Positions 1-12,184 of a stretch of DNA of 64,000 nt are shown here, in pieces (the stretch's first letter is position 1; each line of letters starts with the position of its first letter). The notes beneath the pieces were generated by a model, which had not been told where the DNA came from, searched no databases, and saw only the letters and a list, made by a program, of their open reading frames with translations. This DNA is from Amoebophrya sp. A120 (Eukaryota > Protista > Dinoflagellata), in the NCBI GenBank assembly GCA_905178155.1, contig CAJINV010000014.1, positions 1,105,858 to 1,169,857 on the forward strand. Reading direction: 5' to 3'. The position numbers and the translations under genes are program-made.

Positions 1-147
1 TGTGATGCAGAAGCGCAGTTTGTCATGCAGAATAGGCAACACCTAGGAGCTCAGAAACTTGTCATGCTGAGCCAGCATTTTTAGCCTCATCATGAGACGC
101 CACCCAGCATCACAAGTTTCCAGACCCAGACACTTTTACTTTTGATA
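1..147. mobile_element. Introner/MITE family A, partial (cut by window start)
   Basis: Ends TTTCCAGACCCAGACACTTTTACTTTTGATA; body is the reverse complement of the copies at 18891, 41387 and 53028. Confidence 0.85.
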
Positions 148-1552
148 CATGCATGTTGAGTTGATGTTATTGAAGATAACCTCCTTTTTGTTCCCGGCGA
201 AGGCGAAACGGAGAGCTGTTGCGCCTGATGAAGGTGACGAATTTTAGTTAGTATCAAAAATATTTTTGTTATTTGCTTTTGATTGCGCCCATGCTCATGC
301 AAGTTGAGTTGATGATAGGTGTGCTTTGTTTTACGTATAATTTTTCATTTCATTTGTTTTAGATTAGTTTATGTCTGCTTTGCTATGCTTATTGTTGTTT
401 TTCTCTTGATGTTGTTGAAGATCCCGACTGCGATTTCTATACGCTGAAACATCTCCAAGACGGTACAAAGTTAGTTCGAAAAGGACGGTAAATTTCATCG
501 GCTACCCCATCCCCACCCCCAGGTGCAAGATTGAAATAGATTGTCACTACTTGACACTTCAGCTTAAGTCGTGACAACCCAAGTCAGTGCCAACCCAAAT
601 TTTCTCTCCCAAATAATAGCACGGAACAACCGGAAATAAATAAGACCGTGCTTACCCGCGAGGCTCGAAGTAACACTTCTTAAAACCCAATAGATACGTT
701 TCTAGCCGTCACACGACAACAGATGGCATAGTCGAAGACAAAACTCGAACTGTGACGCGCGGTGTCTCGAAGCACAAGGCTTTTTGTATAGTGGTCGAGC
801 CAGTGACCAGCCTGCCTTTGATTCAAGTGAATTTTAGATGATCAGGACTCATTCGTGGACGAGGTAGACCACTGTATTTATTCTTGCAAGGTCTAGTACT
901 TCACACTCTCGCTTACCAGGGTAGAGGCCGCACAGTCAGAGATTTATTGTGGTGCTGGGCTGTCGAGCGAACCTGTGAAGATGTGAAGTGAAGAACACGA
1001 GGGATGCAAGCAATGTGGTCATAGGAGCGTTGTCTACTTCCATCGGTCCCTACGTCGGAACTGAAGCAACACAATTTTCGCAATTGCGAGTAAGCTGAAA
1101 GTACTTCTTGTCTCTAAATGCAGGAGCTGCCTGACTTCTATAGTTTACTTTTAGTCTAAGTGGAGCGTCGCGAGACGAGCGAAAGCAAGGTCTGGGATTC
1201 AGATACTAGGTCACTTTGGGCTCATATTCCCTACTTACACTTTACAGATCTGTAGACGAATCATGACCGCGATGTGCGGCCCGTCAAAATTTCGACAGGT
1301 CTTCATTTAACTTGTCTGGATTCACTATCCATCATCTGACGCACTTTTTTTCTTGGATGTTCGCCTTTTTCGGTAATAAACCGCTTGGGTTTAATATTAC
1401 TCCTTTGTCTCTGAGTACTTCTACTTGAGTACTGACCGAGTGCATATGCAGTACTATTTTGGCACAAAAATTGCATCTGTACTAGCAGGCCACGTAATGA
1501 AAATGAACTAACTGTAACTACAGCACAAAGACCAGAAGCACCTACTACAAAA

Positions 1553-2631
1553 ATGTTGAACGCGAGCTCGTTTTCGTCTACGTTGTCCGCAGCACTAGGA
1601 AGTATGCTTTCGGCCTTCTTCCGCAGGACTGCGCTGTTGTCGCATCTCGTGGCACAGGTATTCCTGCTGTCCCAAGGTGTCGGCCTCGTGGCGGCTTACA
1701 ACAGCTATCAGCAGCGCATCCCGAACGGGTCGAGCATGGGGGCGGTGGTTATCAAAATGAATCGCAGTGCAATTACTCTCGCTGCATGTAGTTGCGAGTT
1801 ATTTGCGTCGTATCTTGTTCTGAGAACGAAAATGAATCGATTCTGTTTCTGAGCAAGGTCGCTGCACCTAGAATACAGTCGCGAAGCTTTTGCGAGGAAA
1901 AATTAAATCGTCGCTGATTTACCAGCGTAGTACGCACGGAAAATTTCAGAGCTCCTCAGCGTAGAGTTAACGGCACTGTTCTTGCCTTGCATACTCTGGC
2001 ACCAGGCTCTGAACGGAGGGAATGCGCGAAACGCTTTTGGCCTGGCGTTTGCGGTACTGTAGCTATTTATTTTCGAAACTACTTTACCTTTACGTTTTAG
2101 TATCACAAGATCAAAGTTGTACCTTGTTGGTCTCGTTGTTTCTGAAGTTGTTGTCTCCGTGACGTTTTGAAAGAAAAATCAAAGCAACAGGCCGGCGGCC
2201 GCTCGTGGACGACGGCGTTGTGCCAGGCGGATTCGGACGGGGATGGCATGACAAACGGCTACGAATTGGGCGACCCCTGCTGCACCTTCACGGCCGGCTC
2301 CACCACCTGGACGGGCAAGCGAACGACGCAACTGACGCAGCCGGGCATCGTGAACACGGGCGCTGAGGTGACCACGACACATGGCTGCCCGACTCCGAGT
2401 CCCACACCGAGTCCGACGCCTACCCCCACCCCGACCCCCACGCCATCCCCCACACCTACCCCCACACCGACCCCAACGCCAACCCCCAGCCCGAGCCCAG
2501 CCCCCGCTCCGGCAGCAAGCGATGCGTCCAGCTTGCGGGGCAGTACGTTTGGCGCGATCGTGGTTTCCTCGGTGCTGTTCGCCGGCGCCGCCTCGTGGTT
2601 GGCGACAACTGGTGCGCCGGGGCTTCTGTAA
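1553..2631 (+). CDS. Temptin-like secreted/surface protein with Pro/Thr stalk and C-terminal hydrophobic anchor (about 3 exons; start and junctions approximate)
   Basis: Hydrophobic leader, then [18 protein letters not shown] (about 2006-2053) and [26 protein letters not shown], matching temptin-family motifs; (PT/PS)n stalk; hydrophobic tail. Confidence 0.75.
2388..2511 (+). repeat. Coding Pro-Thr/Pro-Ser dipeptide repeat
   Basis: [14 protein letters not shown]... in ORF 2167-2631. Confidence 0.85.
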
Positions 2632-3385
2632 GATGGTACTTAAATAACGTCAGATTCGCGTCTCACTCAGCTTGTGCAAATACTCACACTACATTTAGTG
2701 CTGGCACATAACTTGACGTTGCGAGGACGACCGCGAAGTGGGACAGCATTGTGATGAATAAAACGCAAAACAATGGTGCTGCAGATTGTGTCTCAAATAT
2801 GATAAATCTCTCTTGCAACGGCAAGAAATAAGCAAAAGTGGTACAACTAGCCCTGGTGTGCTGTGGATTTGAAGGTGCTAGAATAGGTGCAAAAAAATGT
2901 TCACCAATCGAACTCGAGCGATTTTTCCCATGTACGATAGAGCTTTGAATTTTTCTGGTGCTAGAAGTTTCTAATGGGTACACTAATGTCGTAAATGCGT
3001 TTGGACAAGAACAATAAGTTCCCTTTCTGTGCTATAAAATCTGCACCTTGCCTTTGAGCATTCTGTTTGAGTTTCACCCTCATGTTTATCATCCTTATTC
3101 ACCTCTTGATTGTACAACATATGAAGAAGAACAGAACGACATGAGGACAAAAAGACAAATGCACACTTAGCCTTTTCATCTTAGACTGAAGAATCACGAA
3201 AGAGTTTCGAGAATTATGCAATTTGAAATTTATTGAACCACGCAATGCGTCGGCGGCCCGGGTTAGAGCGGTGCCTCCCCGCTCGCGTTTCCTCTGGGTG
3301 AGCTGCGAAATCATGGTCCACCTGTAAATCACGGTCGCTCCCGGAGGGCGCTCAACTCGCAGCTCAGGACAATTCGAACCCTCAA

Positions 3386-4273
3386 ATGACGCAACAGGTT
3401 TCGGAAAGAACAGAAGCAGACACTGCCGCGGACCTCAACAAAAAAACCGCGGAGCTTCTATCCGGCACAAGCCTAGACGGATCTGATTGCGATGACGAAC
3501 CGAAAGTAGCCGCGCGAATGTTTTCGAACTACGGCAGAAAGAAGTCCACTTCCGATGTGGTTGACGATACTGCAGAGCAGCAAGACTTGAAAGCCTTCGT
3601 GTCTGCGCACCAGTGGCTGCTGCTGTTCGGAGTGCTTGCCACGGGTTCCATCTTCACCTTCTTCTGGCTTGCGTGGTGCCTCGGGCTTGTTCGCCGCTGC
3701 ATTTTCCGGACCGGGTATCTCTTGACCCTGCGGAAAAAGAAGGAGCAAAAGGAAAAGCAGAAGCTAGAGGCTCTCTGCGAAAAGCAAGGGCAAGCGAAGA
3801 AAGCTACCCCGAGTTGCACGTCGCAACCCGGCTCGGAGCCGGAAGACGAAGCGGCGCCGTTGGTCTCACACGAGAAAGCTCCGCCGGCGGGCGGCGGCAG
3901 TGCGGAGGCTGCAAATCATGCGCAACCGTTTCTCGACAAGGAGCAAACGCAAAGCGGGACGGCGCTGCGGACGTCTCCGGGTTCTGCCTCTCAAACTGCA
4001 AGCGATGGCGAGGCGTACCAGCTTACGCAAGAGCAGACTTCGGAGCCTGGTGTTGTCACAACGGGGGCGCCTCTCCACGGCGAGAATTTTTCGGGCGAGC
4101 GCACGGAAGAGGAAGCGCGCGAAGGTGCGGACAGCGAGGTCATGGAGGAGGACCGCGTGGCTGCGAGTGCTGCTCGCGTGCTCGAAGCGAAAACGGCTTC
4201 TCTGTATTCTTTAGTCATGGGCTTGTCTGACAGCGAGGTGAAAGCTTTTCTGGAAGATGAAGAAGGAGCGTGA
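3386..4273 (+). CDS. Hypothetical single-pass membrane protein
   Basis: ATG-started 295-aa ORF with one hydrophobic segment (WLLLFGVLATGSIFTFFWLAWCLGLV) and an acidic low-complexity tail. Confidence 0.6.
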   Translation: MTQQVSERTEADTAADLNKKTAELLSGTSLDGSDCDDEPKVAARMFSNYGRKKSTSDVVDDTAEQQDLKAFVSAHQWLLLFGVLATGSIFTFFWLAWCLGLVRRCIFRTGYLLTLRKKKEQKEKQKLEALCEKQGQAKKATPSCTSQPGSEPEDEAAPLVSHEKAPPAGGGSAEAANHAQPFLDKEQTQSGTALRTSPGSASQTASDGEAYQLTQEQTSEPGVVTTGAPLHGENFSGERTEEEAREGADSEVMEEDRVAASAARVLEAKTASLYSLVMGLSDSEVKAFLEDEEGA

Positions 4274-5832
4274 GCACGGAAGGACCTGAAGCAAGAGTCG
4301 CTCAACGGCCAGAGGAGGGCACCGGCATCGATGACCACGAGCACGGCTATGACACATCAACGTTCTGTTTTTAGTAGGCACCACCTGTCCCTACATGGTA
4401 TGACTAAGTTGTAAATGTAATTCAAGCTTCAGTCAAAAATATCTCGAGCCTGTTCCTAAACACCGAGTTTCGACACGCAGTATCATCCTAGCATAGAAGT
4501 ATTATCAGACTTTACTTTGTTTATGTTTTCTGACCTATTCAGATTTTCTCTAAATTAATTTAAACAAAGAAACGTAAGTACTAAAGAAGTGTTTTGTTCC
4601 TATACAAACTTATTTGTCCGGCCTGAGTTTAAGAGCACGGGCACACAAAGAACCCGCGACGGGAGCTACATTTCCGACGTGCGCTGTGACCAAGCCGAGA
4701 ACTACCCGGGTACCCCCTGGCACGTCTGTTTGTTGAGGAAAGCCATTTCGCGTTGTTTTTTCGAAAACTACACGAGGATGAGATCGAGGTTAGATATGCT
4801 CCGTCCTTATTATTCCGCACAGCCTGCGTCTGCCTCTGTGCGTTTAAATGTGCGGCTGCTGCACGTATTCAGAACGGTATCTGTCATGGCTTTCCTTTTC
4901 TACACATTATTTCTTCGATAATGCAGACGCGGCGGCGCTTCTTCGACTCTCGGTCGGGATAGCGCAGCACCCCTGAAATAGATACGACAGCACTCCCAGT
5001 ATAGTATGTATTTGAATTTTGTTTCTGGAATACGACGTAAGTATTAGTGTCTCTATGCTTGTTCTACGTGATGGATTTGATGTAAACCAGCACCAGGGAC
5101 GCTCACAGCAAAGCGCTCGGGTTCTTGTTGCTACATTATTATTATCGACGCAGAACAAATCAAGAAAAAGAATCAATTTCATCGACCACAAATGGAGGCA
5201 CGAAGATTTCAATGTGCCTTTGATTTGCGATTGCATGCAAAAAGTTCTTGTCTCTGTACTTTATCATCCGGATCAAAGAAGGTGTCGCACGACACGTGAC
5301 AAACACAAGGCAGACGTAATTGAAGATCCACCGTGAACGCTCAGCCTGGTATCATGATCATCTCCCACCGAAATGTATTTTGCTCTTCTGGTACTTACTC
5401 CGTCCAACATGTTGCGTTGTAAAAGAAGAGCATGAAGATCCCCTGGACCACGGTCTTTATCTTTTATACCACCTCCAATGAAGGTCTTCTTTCGACGAGT
5501 CTGTTTGGGCGACCTACTTGTATGCTGCAAAATAAATTGATCAACGGAGAAGATGTAGTACGGTCAGATAAAATATCAACATGCAAGATTTTTTTTGATT
5601 TTACAACATAAAGATAGCCCCACAACTACACGAACGGATATTTACAGGACAACTACAACTCACAACTACAGCTCGACTGTCTGTGCGAAGAAGTCAGGGA
5701 CGCAGCTGACAAACGCATCTACGCACCAGTGCACGTGAAAGGTCGACGCCAAGATATTTCGCCTGGCGGTAATACGTTTCTCATCGTCTCTACTCTTGAG
5801 ACGACATTTTCCACAAAACAAACGCGAAAAAG

Positions 5833-8800
5833 ATGGAGTCGCACACACGAAAAATGAATGCTGAAGGCGACCCCCACGCCCCGACTCTCTATCACGCCGT
5901 GGAGCACGACTTCGGTGTTCCCACCGGGCGGGGCATGAAAGCTTTGAAAGCCCTCCAAAAAGGCGACGTTGTTTTGGAACTACCGTCAGAGAATCTGGTC
6001 ACGCCGAAGAAGTGCCGGGAGTTTCTGACGGACTATTTCAGCAGACCTAAAAATGTTGATCCTCCAACGAGGGCGGAGGTGGAGGTCACAACTAGCAAGG
6101 CCAAGGCCACCGAAATATTGAAGACGCAGAACAGTACAAGTACTAGTTCCTTCTCCAAGTTCTATTCCACCTGGTTCGAGCACGACCAGAACGGGCAATA
6201 TTTCTTCGTGCGAATTTCGCCAGACTTTGCCGCAGTGCAGAATGCTTGCCGTGCCTCCGGGATCGATGAGGAGTTTGATGTCTATCGGAAAAAATTCCTC
6301 GGCAAGGTTGTTCTGGTGAAAGAGGTGGACCCCAGCGACGAGAGTTTTTCGGTCGTGGACACGGGATCTTCAGCAGCAACAGCGGATGTGAAGACGGCGC
6401 TGTGGTTTGGGTTCTCTGGAGGGGCGGTTGAATTCGGGATGGATTGTGGGGTTGTGTCAGACGAGAATGAGAATAACAAGATCCTCGATCTTGTTCTGCA
6501 ACAACGAGAACACATACAAGCAGCACTGCAGGCGGTTTCCGACGAGAATGCGATGGTTTTGGCGGTGTTGTTTGGGAACAAGTTCTTTCAAAAGAAGGAG
6601 ATGAAACACAGCGGTGGACGGGGACAAGCACAAAACTCAACAGCTGCACGACGACCGGCGGACGAGCCACCACTTCCTCAGCTCAAGCACGAAAGTCTCT
6701 TCCACCAGCTCCTTTCCGAGCTGCCGGTCGAAAACGTGAACATGTGTTGCGAGTGGCAAGACGCAGAGATCGAATTTTTGAAGCCTTGCGAAAAAATCTA
6801 CAGTAGCGCGAAGGAGCAGAAGGCGCAAGTACTGCAGTCTATGGGGAAATGTGTGGGCGTGTTGCGGTATTTGGAGTCGGAAATTGATGTGCAAGCGCGA
6901 CATAGTAGACACAAGAACGGTACTAGTAGCTCGGCAGATGGTGCTGGCCAAGAAGAGAAGGACGAGAAAGACTGCGCGGGCAGCGGTTTATTTCTTCGCA
7001 ATGCTTTTTCCTTCACGATCCGCGAATTTGTGCACGCCTGGACCCGCGTCGCCTCCCGACACCGGGCGGCGGAGGCATTTCCGAATCTGGTCGAAAAAGG
7101 GGTGGACGGGAAAACGTTGATGATCGTGGGCGGGGCGGACATGTTCAATCACAGTTTGTCGATTGAACCGGGAAATTCGACCGTGGAACATGTGAGTCAA
7201 TATGATGAACCGAATTCGTCAACATCCTCGTCCCGCATTATTAAAGAACACACGAAAACATCAAATAAATCCGTCCAGATCCTGTGTCAGCAGGAGAACG
7301 TCCCTGCCGGTGGGGAGGTTTTCATTTCCTACGGCGACAAACCGAACGAGGAATTGCTGCTCGGGTACGGGTTTGCACTGGATCAGAACCAGTTTGACGC
7401 GTTCGAAATCGTGATCGGCCTGGAGAAATACGATCAAGCGAGAAGAAGAATTGTACCAGGCACTGCAGGGCTGCACCAGCAGAGAAGTAAATCCATTACC
7501 GATTTACGACTGGAGGTGACGGGGTTCTTGCTGCAGAAGGGACTGGAAAGAAAAGAATTGGAGATGCTGCAAGACGAGGAACGAGAGGACGACTGTAGTC
7601 ATGGCGGCGATAGTACAAGCACATCAGCCACGTCGGTTGTGTTTAAATTGAGGAAACAAGATGATAGACGAGCACGCGGGTTGACCACGACGACTAATTG
7701 CTCTTTCCCGAAAACGCTTCTCGCAATCAGCCGATTGGAGAAGATGAGCGACTTAGTGTTGGAAAAAATTTGGAAGCTAAACCACTGGAACAACAGGACG
7801 ACTTCGGCGAAAAATACCAGTGGCATGATTCTTACCGGTGGACCTTCTTCATCTTCCGGCGCACAGAAGTTGGCCGATTATCTCTGCAATCATGGGCTTT
7901 GCCCTGTAGATGCCTCTGCAACTCCTGATAGCTGCAGCAGACAAGAACGGATACGCAACTCCCGCTGGTCGAAGATAACAGAGGCGTTTGGTGGAAGCAG
8001 TGCCAGGGAGGACGGCATCAAAACTCCTGTCGCTGATCAGGAGGAAAACGAAGTTGAGCAGGCAAAAGAAGACGAGGACCACCAGCACCTGGACCTGCTT
8101 CCAGTGGATATCCAGGTGTTGGGTTCTCTGCGGAAGCACTTTCTCAACACGTACGGGGAGATTGTGGAGAAGGAAAAAACAGCAAAAGCCGCAGCAGTGA
8201 CATGGTCAAAAACTTCTACGGATGAAAATTTCAACACCAACTTGACGGACAATCCAAAATTCCAGATGGCAAAGATTATCATCGACTCGCAGAAGCAGAT
8301 CCTGCGAGAATCAATAAAATTTCTCGATCAGCAACTGGTGGAAGATTGCCTGCCAACAGCGGTGCGCGCAGTGAGGAACATGATTGGTGGAAATAATCAA
8401 CCTAGATGTGACAGTACAACATCCCCAACCTCTAGTACTTTTTTCGCGAAGAAGGAACAGGAAAGGCAACAAGCCTGTTTTGACCTCGTTTTGCAGAAGG
8501 ACCTGGAAAACGAAGAGAGGATTCAAGGCGACACTGTAGCCCTGTTTCAATTCTTCCACAGCGAGATCATGAAACCGATCAGCAAAGGAACACCTACAGA
8601 GCTACCTGTAGTTGCAGGCTTGACGACACTCTGTCCCATAACCTCGTTCTGGGCGGAGATTTGCCTGCTGTGCTTTTCGCCGATGGGGAACTCTATCAAC
8701 CAGAAAAATGGAGCTTTTGCTTTGAGCCGAGCTGCCTTTTCAACAGCTCTTAGCGGGAATGATAGAGTTATTTCGGACAACGACAAAATTACTACCCCAT

Positions 8801-9924
8801 CGGAGCAAACACGCGATGACTCTGAGATTGACGACACCGCAGCTGGTACTTGCGCAACGGACACCAGCAAGAAGAATAACCTTGTCGCCTACCACGATCT
8901 CTACCTGCAAAAGCTTTCCTACTGGGGGAAATATCTCTTTTCCCAGTTTCTCTCCAACAATTTCAGGCCGCTGAAGCAGCAGGAGATGAATGTGATGGTC
9001 CAGGAATCCCTGGATTTGCGGAAACAGCACGCTTGGTCTGTCGTGACGGAAAGAATCGCGGAAAAGTTTTTTGAGATTCACCAGCAGAGCAAACAAATCT
9101 TCCCTATGGTCGAAGTGGGCGCGGGGCACGGATTGTGGGCGAAAGTTCTGAATGATGAGGAGCTGAGACAGAAGTGGGAAAAGAGGAACCAATGTGCTGG
9201 TTTGTTGAATAAATTGTGGTCCGAGGGACGACGTCAATCGAAGTCTCCTGCATTGAACCTTTTGGTGGAAGCGTACGATTTGGGGAGGTGGGAAGACAAA
9301 TATTGTCTTGCAACAGCTGTTGCTTCATGTGAGGAGGCCGGCGGCGGGGGCGGAGGTGGCGGTAGTGCTGCCGCCGCTGCGGACGCCTGCACCGCCGCGG
9401 ATGAAAAGCGCACCGGAGACAACCTGGACGCGACGTCAGCTTCCCAACGCAGTCAAGTATTGGGCGAAAGTGAAAGAACCGAAATTTTCCGAGGCGGTCC
9501 CGAAGTTTTAAAGATCGACAACGAGGAGGATGCAGCAACCCGCCTGCAGTCGAAGAACACGCTGTTTCTCTCCTGGCCGGACTACGAGGGAAAGGGCACT
9601 TTCGGCTACGAGGCGGTGAAAAATTGGACAGAGACGTGCTGTAGATTTCAGGGCACAGAACACGTGGAGGGGAGCAGGGACAAATTTTCAAGCGCGAGGA
9701 CTACTGGTACGGGTATTACAACGGCAGGAGCTACAAAATCTTCCAAGTTTCTCATCCTAGTCGGCGACTTTTTTTACAACCAGGCGTTTTCGAAGGAATG
9801 CAGGGCCTACGTTGACACCCATTACACAGAACTGCGACACCTCTCGGAGTCGTTGACAGAGCTTCTGCCGCGTTGGCCATTGGCCCGGGACGAAATTCGT
9901 GTGTATCAGCTGAATGGGTCTTGA
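5833..9924 (+). CDS. SET-domain (Rubisco-LSMT/SETD3-like) lysine methyltransferase fused to a C-terminal class I SAM-methyltransferase-like domain
   Basis: 1363-aa uninterrupted ORF; SET motifs GRGMKALKALQKGDVVLELP, ADMFNHS, GEVFISYG, NEELLLGYGF; C-terminal VEVGAGHGLWA, AYD, LFLSWP, LILVG. Confidence 0.8.
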   Translation: MESHTRKMNAEGDPHAPTLYHAVEHDFGVPTGRGMKALKALQKGDVVLELPSENLVTPKKCREFLTDYFSRPKNVDPPTRAEVEVTTSKAKATEILKTQNSTSTSSFSKFYSTWFEHDQNGQYFFVRISPDFAAVQNACRASGIDEEFDVYRKKFLGKVVLVKEVDPSDESFSVVDTGSSAATADVKTALWFGFSGGAVEFGMDCGVVSDENENNKILDLVLQQREHIQAALQAVSDENAMVLAVLFGNKFFQKKEMKHSGGRGQAQNSTAARRPADEPPLPQLKHESLFHQLLSELPVENVNMCCEWQDAEIEFLKPCEKIYSSAKEQKAQVLQSMGKCVGVLRYLESEIDVQARHSRHKNGTSSSADGAGQEEKDEKDCAGSGLFLRNAFSFTIREFVHAWTRVASRHRAAEAFPNLVEKGVDGKTLMIVGGADMFNHSLSIEPGNSTVEHVSQYDEPNSSTSSSRIIKEHTKTSNKSVQILCQQENVPAGGEVFISYGDKPNEELLLGYGFALDQNQFDAFEIVIGLEKYDQARRRIVPGTAGLHQQRSKSITDLRLEVTGFLLQKGLERKELEMLQDEEREDDCSHGGDSTSTSATSVVFKLRKQDDRRARGLTTTTNCSFPKTLLAISRLEKMSDLVLEKIWKLNHWNNRTTSAKNTSGMILTGGPSSSSGAQKLADYLCNHGLCPVDASATPDSCSRQERIRNSRWSKITEAFGGSSAREDGIKTPVADQEENEVEQAKEDEDHQHLDLLPVDIQVLGSLRKHFLNTYGEIVEKEKTAKAAAVTWSKTSTDENFNTNLTDNPKFQMAKIIIDSQKQILRESIKFLDQQLVEDCLPTAVRAVRNMIGGNNQPRCDSTTSPTSSTFFAKKEQERQQACFDLVLQKDLENEERIQGDTVALFQFFHSEIMKPISKGTPTELPVVAGLTTLCPITSFWAEICLLCFSPMGNSINQKNGAFALSRAAFSTALSGNDRVISDNDKITTPSEQTRDDSEIDDTAAGTCATDTSKKNNLVAYHDLYLQKLSYWGKYLFSQFLSNNFRPLKQQEMNVMVQESLDLRKQHAWSVVTERIAEKFFEIHQQSKQIFPMVEVGAGHGLWAKVLNDEELRQKWEKRNQCAGLLNKLWSEGRRQSKSPALNLLVEAYDLGRWEDKYCLATAVASCEEAGGGGGGGGSAAAAADACTAADEKRTGDNLDATSASQRSQVLGESERTEIFRGGPEVLKIDNEEDAATRLQSKNTLFLSWPDYEGKGTFGYEAVKNWTETCCRFQGTEHVEGSRDKFSSARTTGTGITTAGATKSSKFLILVGDFFYNQAFSKECRAYVDTHYTELRHLSESLTELLPRWPLARDEIRVYQLNGS

Positions 9925-10790
9925 GTGAGGTTTTCATCCCTACGTCTGGCGACTGCGACATCAATGGGTCCTCGAAGCAGGAAAAAATCCTGCACACTCT
10001 ACTAAGAACATCAGAATACTTACAATGTTGACCAGTGAAACAAAGCGACTCTACGCTTGTATCTACTGTCGAAAAGGCCGCTCTGAGCAGCTTCATCTTT
10101 CTTCGCCCAGAATGACCATCCCTGTTGATTGTTCTGCTACGATCGATAGCGTGCTTTTTCGGTCAGCATAGGCTCTCTAAGTTCCATCTCTGTAGTGGTC
10201 TTGCTTCCTACTTCCTAGAAAGGCGGGTAGTAGCTTGAAACACTGTCGCCTTCATGATCATCGGTTGTTTCCCTTATCGATTCTCGGTTTTTGATGACCG
10301 GAGAAGTACAAGAATCGGTTGTGTTTGTCGCAACATCGGTGGCCGCATCTATGCGCTTGTCGTTGTCGTAACACATACACAGCTCGGTGTTTCAAACTCG
10401 TGACTCGCTCCGGTCTTTCAGGTAAATCGGTACAGAAAATTTTCCTTGCTCCTTCGTGCACCGAAAGACTCAGTTTTCGTGCGCAGGCATGAATCAATTT
10501 CGAAATTATGTGAGAAGCAGAGACGAGAGCAAGGCACAATTCGAAGGCCACAGTGAATCTCAATCTCGTTTTTCTTTCTCGATGCTCAAAAAACAGTTCT
10601 AAATCCTCGCATTTTCATTTTTGGTGTGCATCAGTCAAGCTTTCTAGTCTACTCGTATTGGATATGGATTTGCCGATTTTTTGTCCAGTGCAACGCTCTA
10701 CTTTCTATTCGTGTACCACTATCTATCCGTGCGGCTGAGTCCCAGCTTTTCTGCCACAGCGGCCTGACGTCGCCTACATCACCCAAAGCC

Positions 10791-11706
10791 ATGTCTGCCT
10801 CAGCCTCGTCCCGAATTTTCCCATCGCTGATGCGCAGTGGCTTTCTGCCCCTGCAGCGGAATGCTGGTTTCGCGTCGACCTTGCAGCAAGAAGGCGCCAG
10901 AAGAGGAGCAGGAGCCAGCACGTCCTCGGGAGGTGGAAGTTTTTCTAAAACGGCGCTGCGCCCAGGTGGTTTTTGGACCAACAGCACAATTTCTAGTGCG
11001 TATCCAGCAAATGGTGCCCAACCTCAGTGGCCTGCTCCTCGAGCAGGCAGTAGATGTTTTTCCTCGTCAACTGCATCATCTTCCGAGGACAACAACAAAA
11101 GCAGCTACAAGCTCCTCTACGAAGTGAATTGCCAGTTCAAAAACGCGGAAATCAAGCAAAAGTTCGACGTGTGGCTCAAAACCGTCCACACGCAGAACGT
11201 CATCAAGGCCGGCGGGCCGAAGTTTCTTTCCGCCGAGGTCTTCGACGTGGCCAGCAGCACCCGACCCGGGGACGCCATATCAAATGTAAAAATGTCTGGG
11301 TCTGGAAAAGTGCCAGACTTGTCATGCAGGTTTTCCATGACCCATGAGGTCTGGTATGTAGGACATAGCATGACAGATTGTCTGAGAGTTCTATCATGCC
11401 TATCCTGCATGAGAAACTCCCTCCCGACTTGGTCAAAACTGGACGACTTTTGGTAATCATGCAACGCAGATTTTTGCATGCTTCAGATTTAGCATGACAA
11501 GTTCCAACCCTTCCAGACCCAGACATTTTTGCATTTGATACGCCACCGTGATGCACCAAACGGTAGTGCATTACACGGTCGAGGACGAGCAGGCTTTGTT
11601 GGCGTACTTGGAGAACGAAGCCCCGCGGCTTCGAGCGGACAGCCTGAGCGTCGCGAAGCAGCCCGAAGAGTACACCGCGAGTCGGCGCGTGCTGAAAGTG
11701 ATGTAA
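10791..11706 (+). CDS. DUF4286-like protein with probable mitochondrial transit peptide, split by one introner
   Basis: Removing 11278-11545 joins ...YEVNCQF..FDVWLKTVHTQNVIKAG..GDA to TVMHQTVVHYTVEDEQALLAYLENEAPRLRAD..KVM-stop, which resembles the DUF4286 pattern; Ser/Arg-rich N-terminus. Confidence 0.7.
11278..11540. mobile_element. Introner family A
   Basis: TIR TATCAAATGTAAAAATGTCTGGGTCTGGAA / TTCCAGACCCAGACATTTTTGCATTTGATA; TSD CGCCA/CGCCA; removal restores ORF. Confidence 0.95.
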
Positions 11707-12184
11707 AAGTGCAGTAACGATGTCGATGTGTTTTTTTTTGCTGTCGTTGCATTTGTCCTGGCGGCAACTGTTAATACAGTTTTTCAATGTAGTTGGAGTT
11801 TTTTTGCACTTGCACGAAGAAACAAGGAACTTCATTTACGCTGAGATATTTTCGATGGCAATCTTTCACAGGCAGGGTGCTCAGCACGAATTTTCCAATT
11901 CAGTTCCTTCCGATGCGAATTTTCCGTTTGGTATGAAAAGTGTGAAGAAGAGATGACATCGAAAGTGCCAGTTACATCGTAGTTTTTTGGCTGTGTTCTG
12001 TTGGATCCGAGTTTTTCGGCACCGCTTTGATTTTTGTTCAGGCGATCGAGAGCTTGCGCTCGCGCCTCAACGCATTGATCAATTTCGTGCAGATAATTTT
12101 TCAGCCGATAACTTTTTCAAGCTTCTTAGATTTTTGCTCCACCTTGGTGTTTCAAAGGAACTTCGCGTCCTCATTGTATTGACA

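Noticed and set aside
11203-11835. Many short ORFs sharing peptides such as KMSGSG, KCKNVWVWK, FQTQT, PDPD and KSPLPISK
   Set aside because: They are translations of introner TIRs in different frames, not a protein family.
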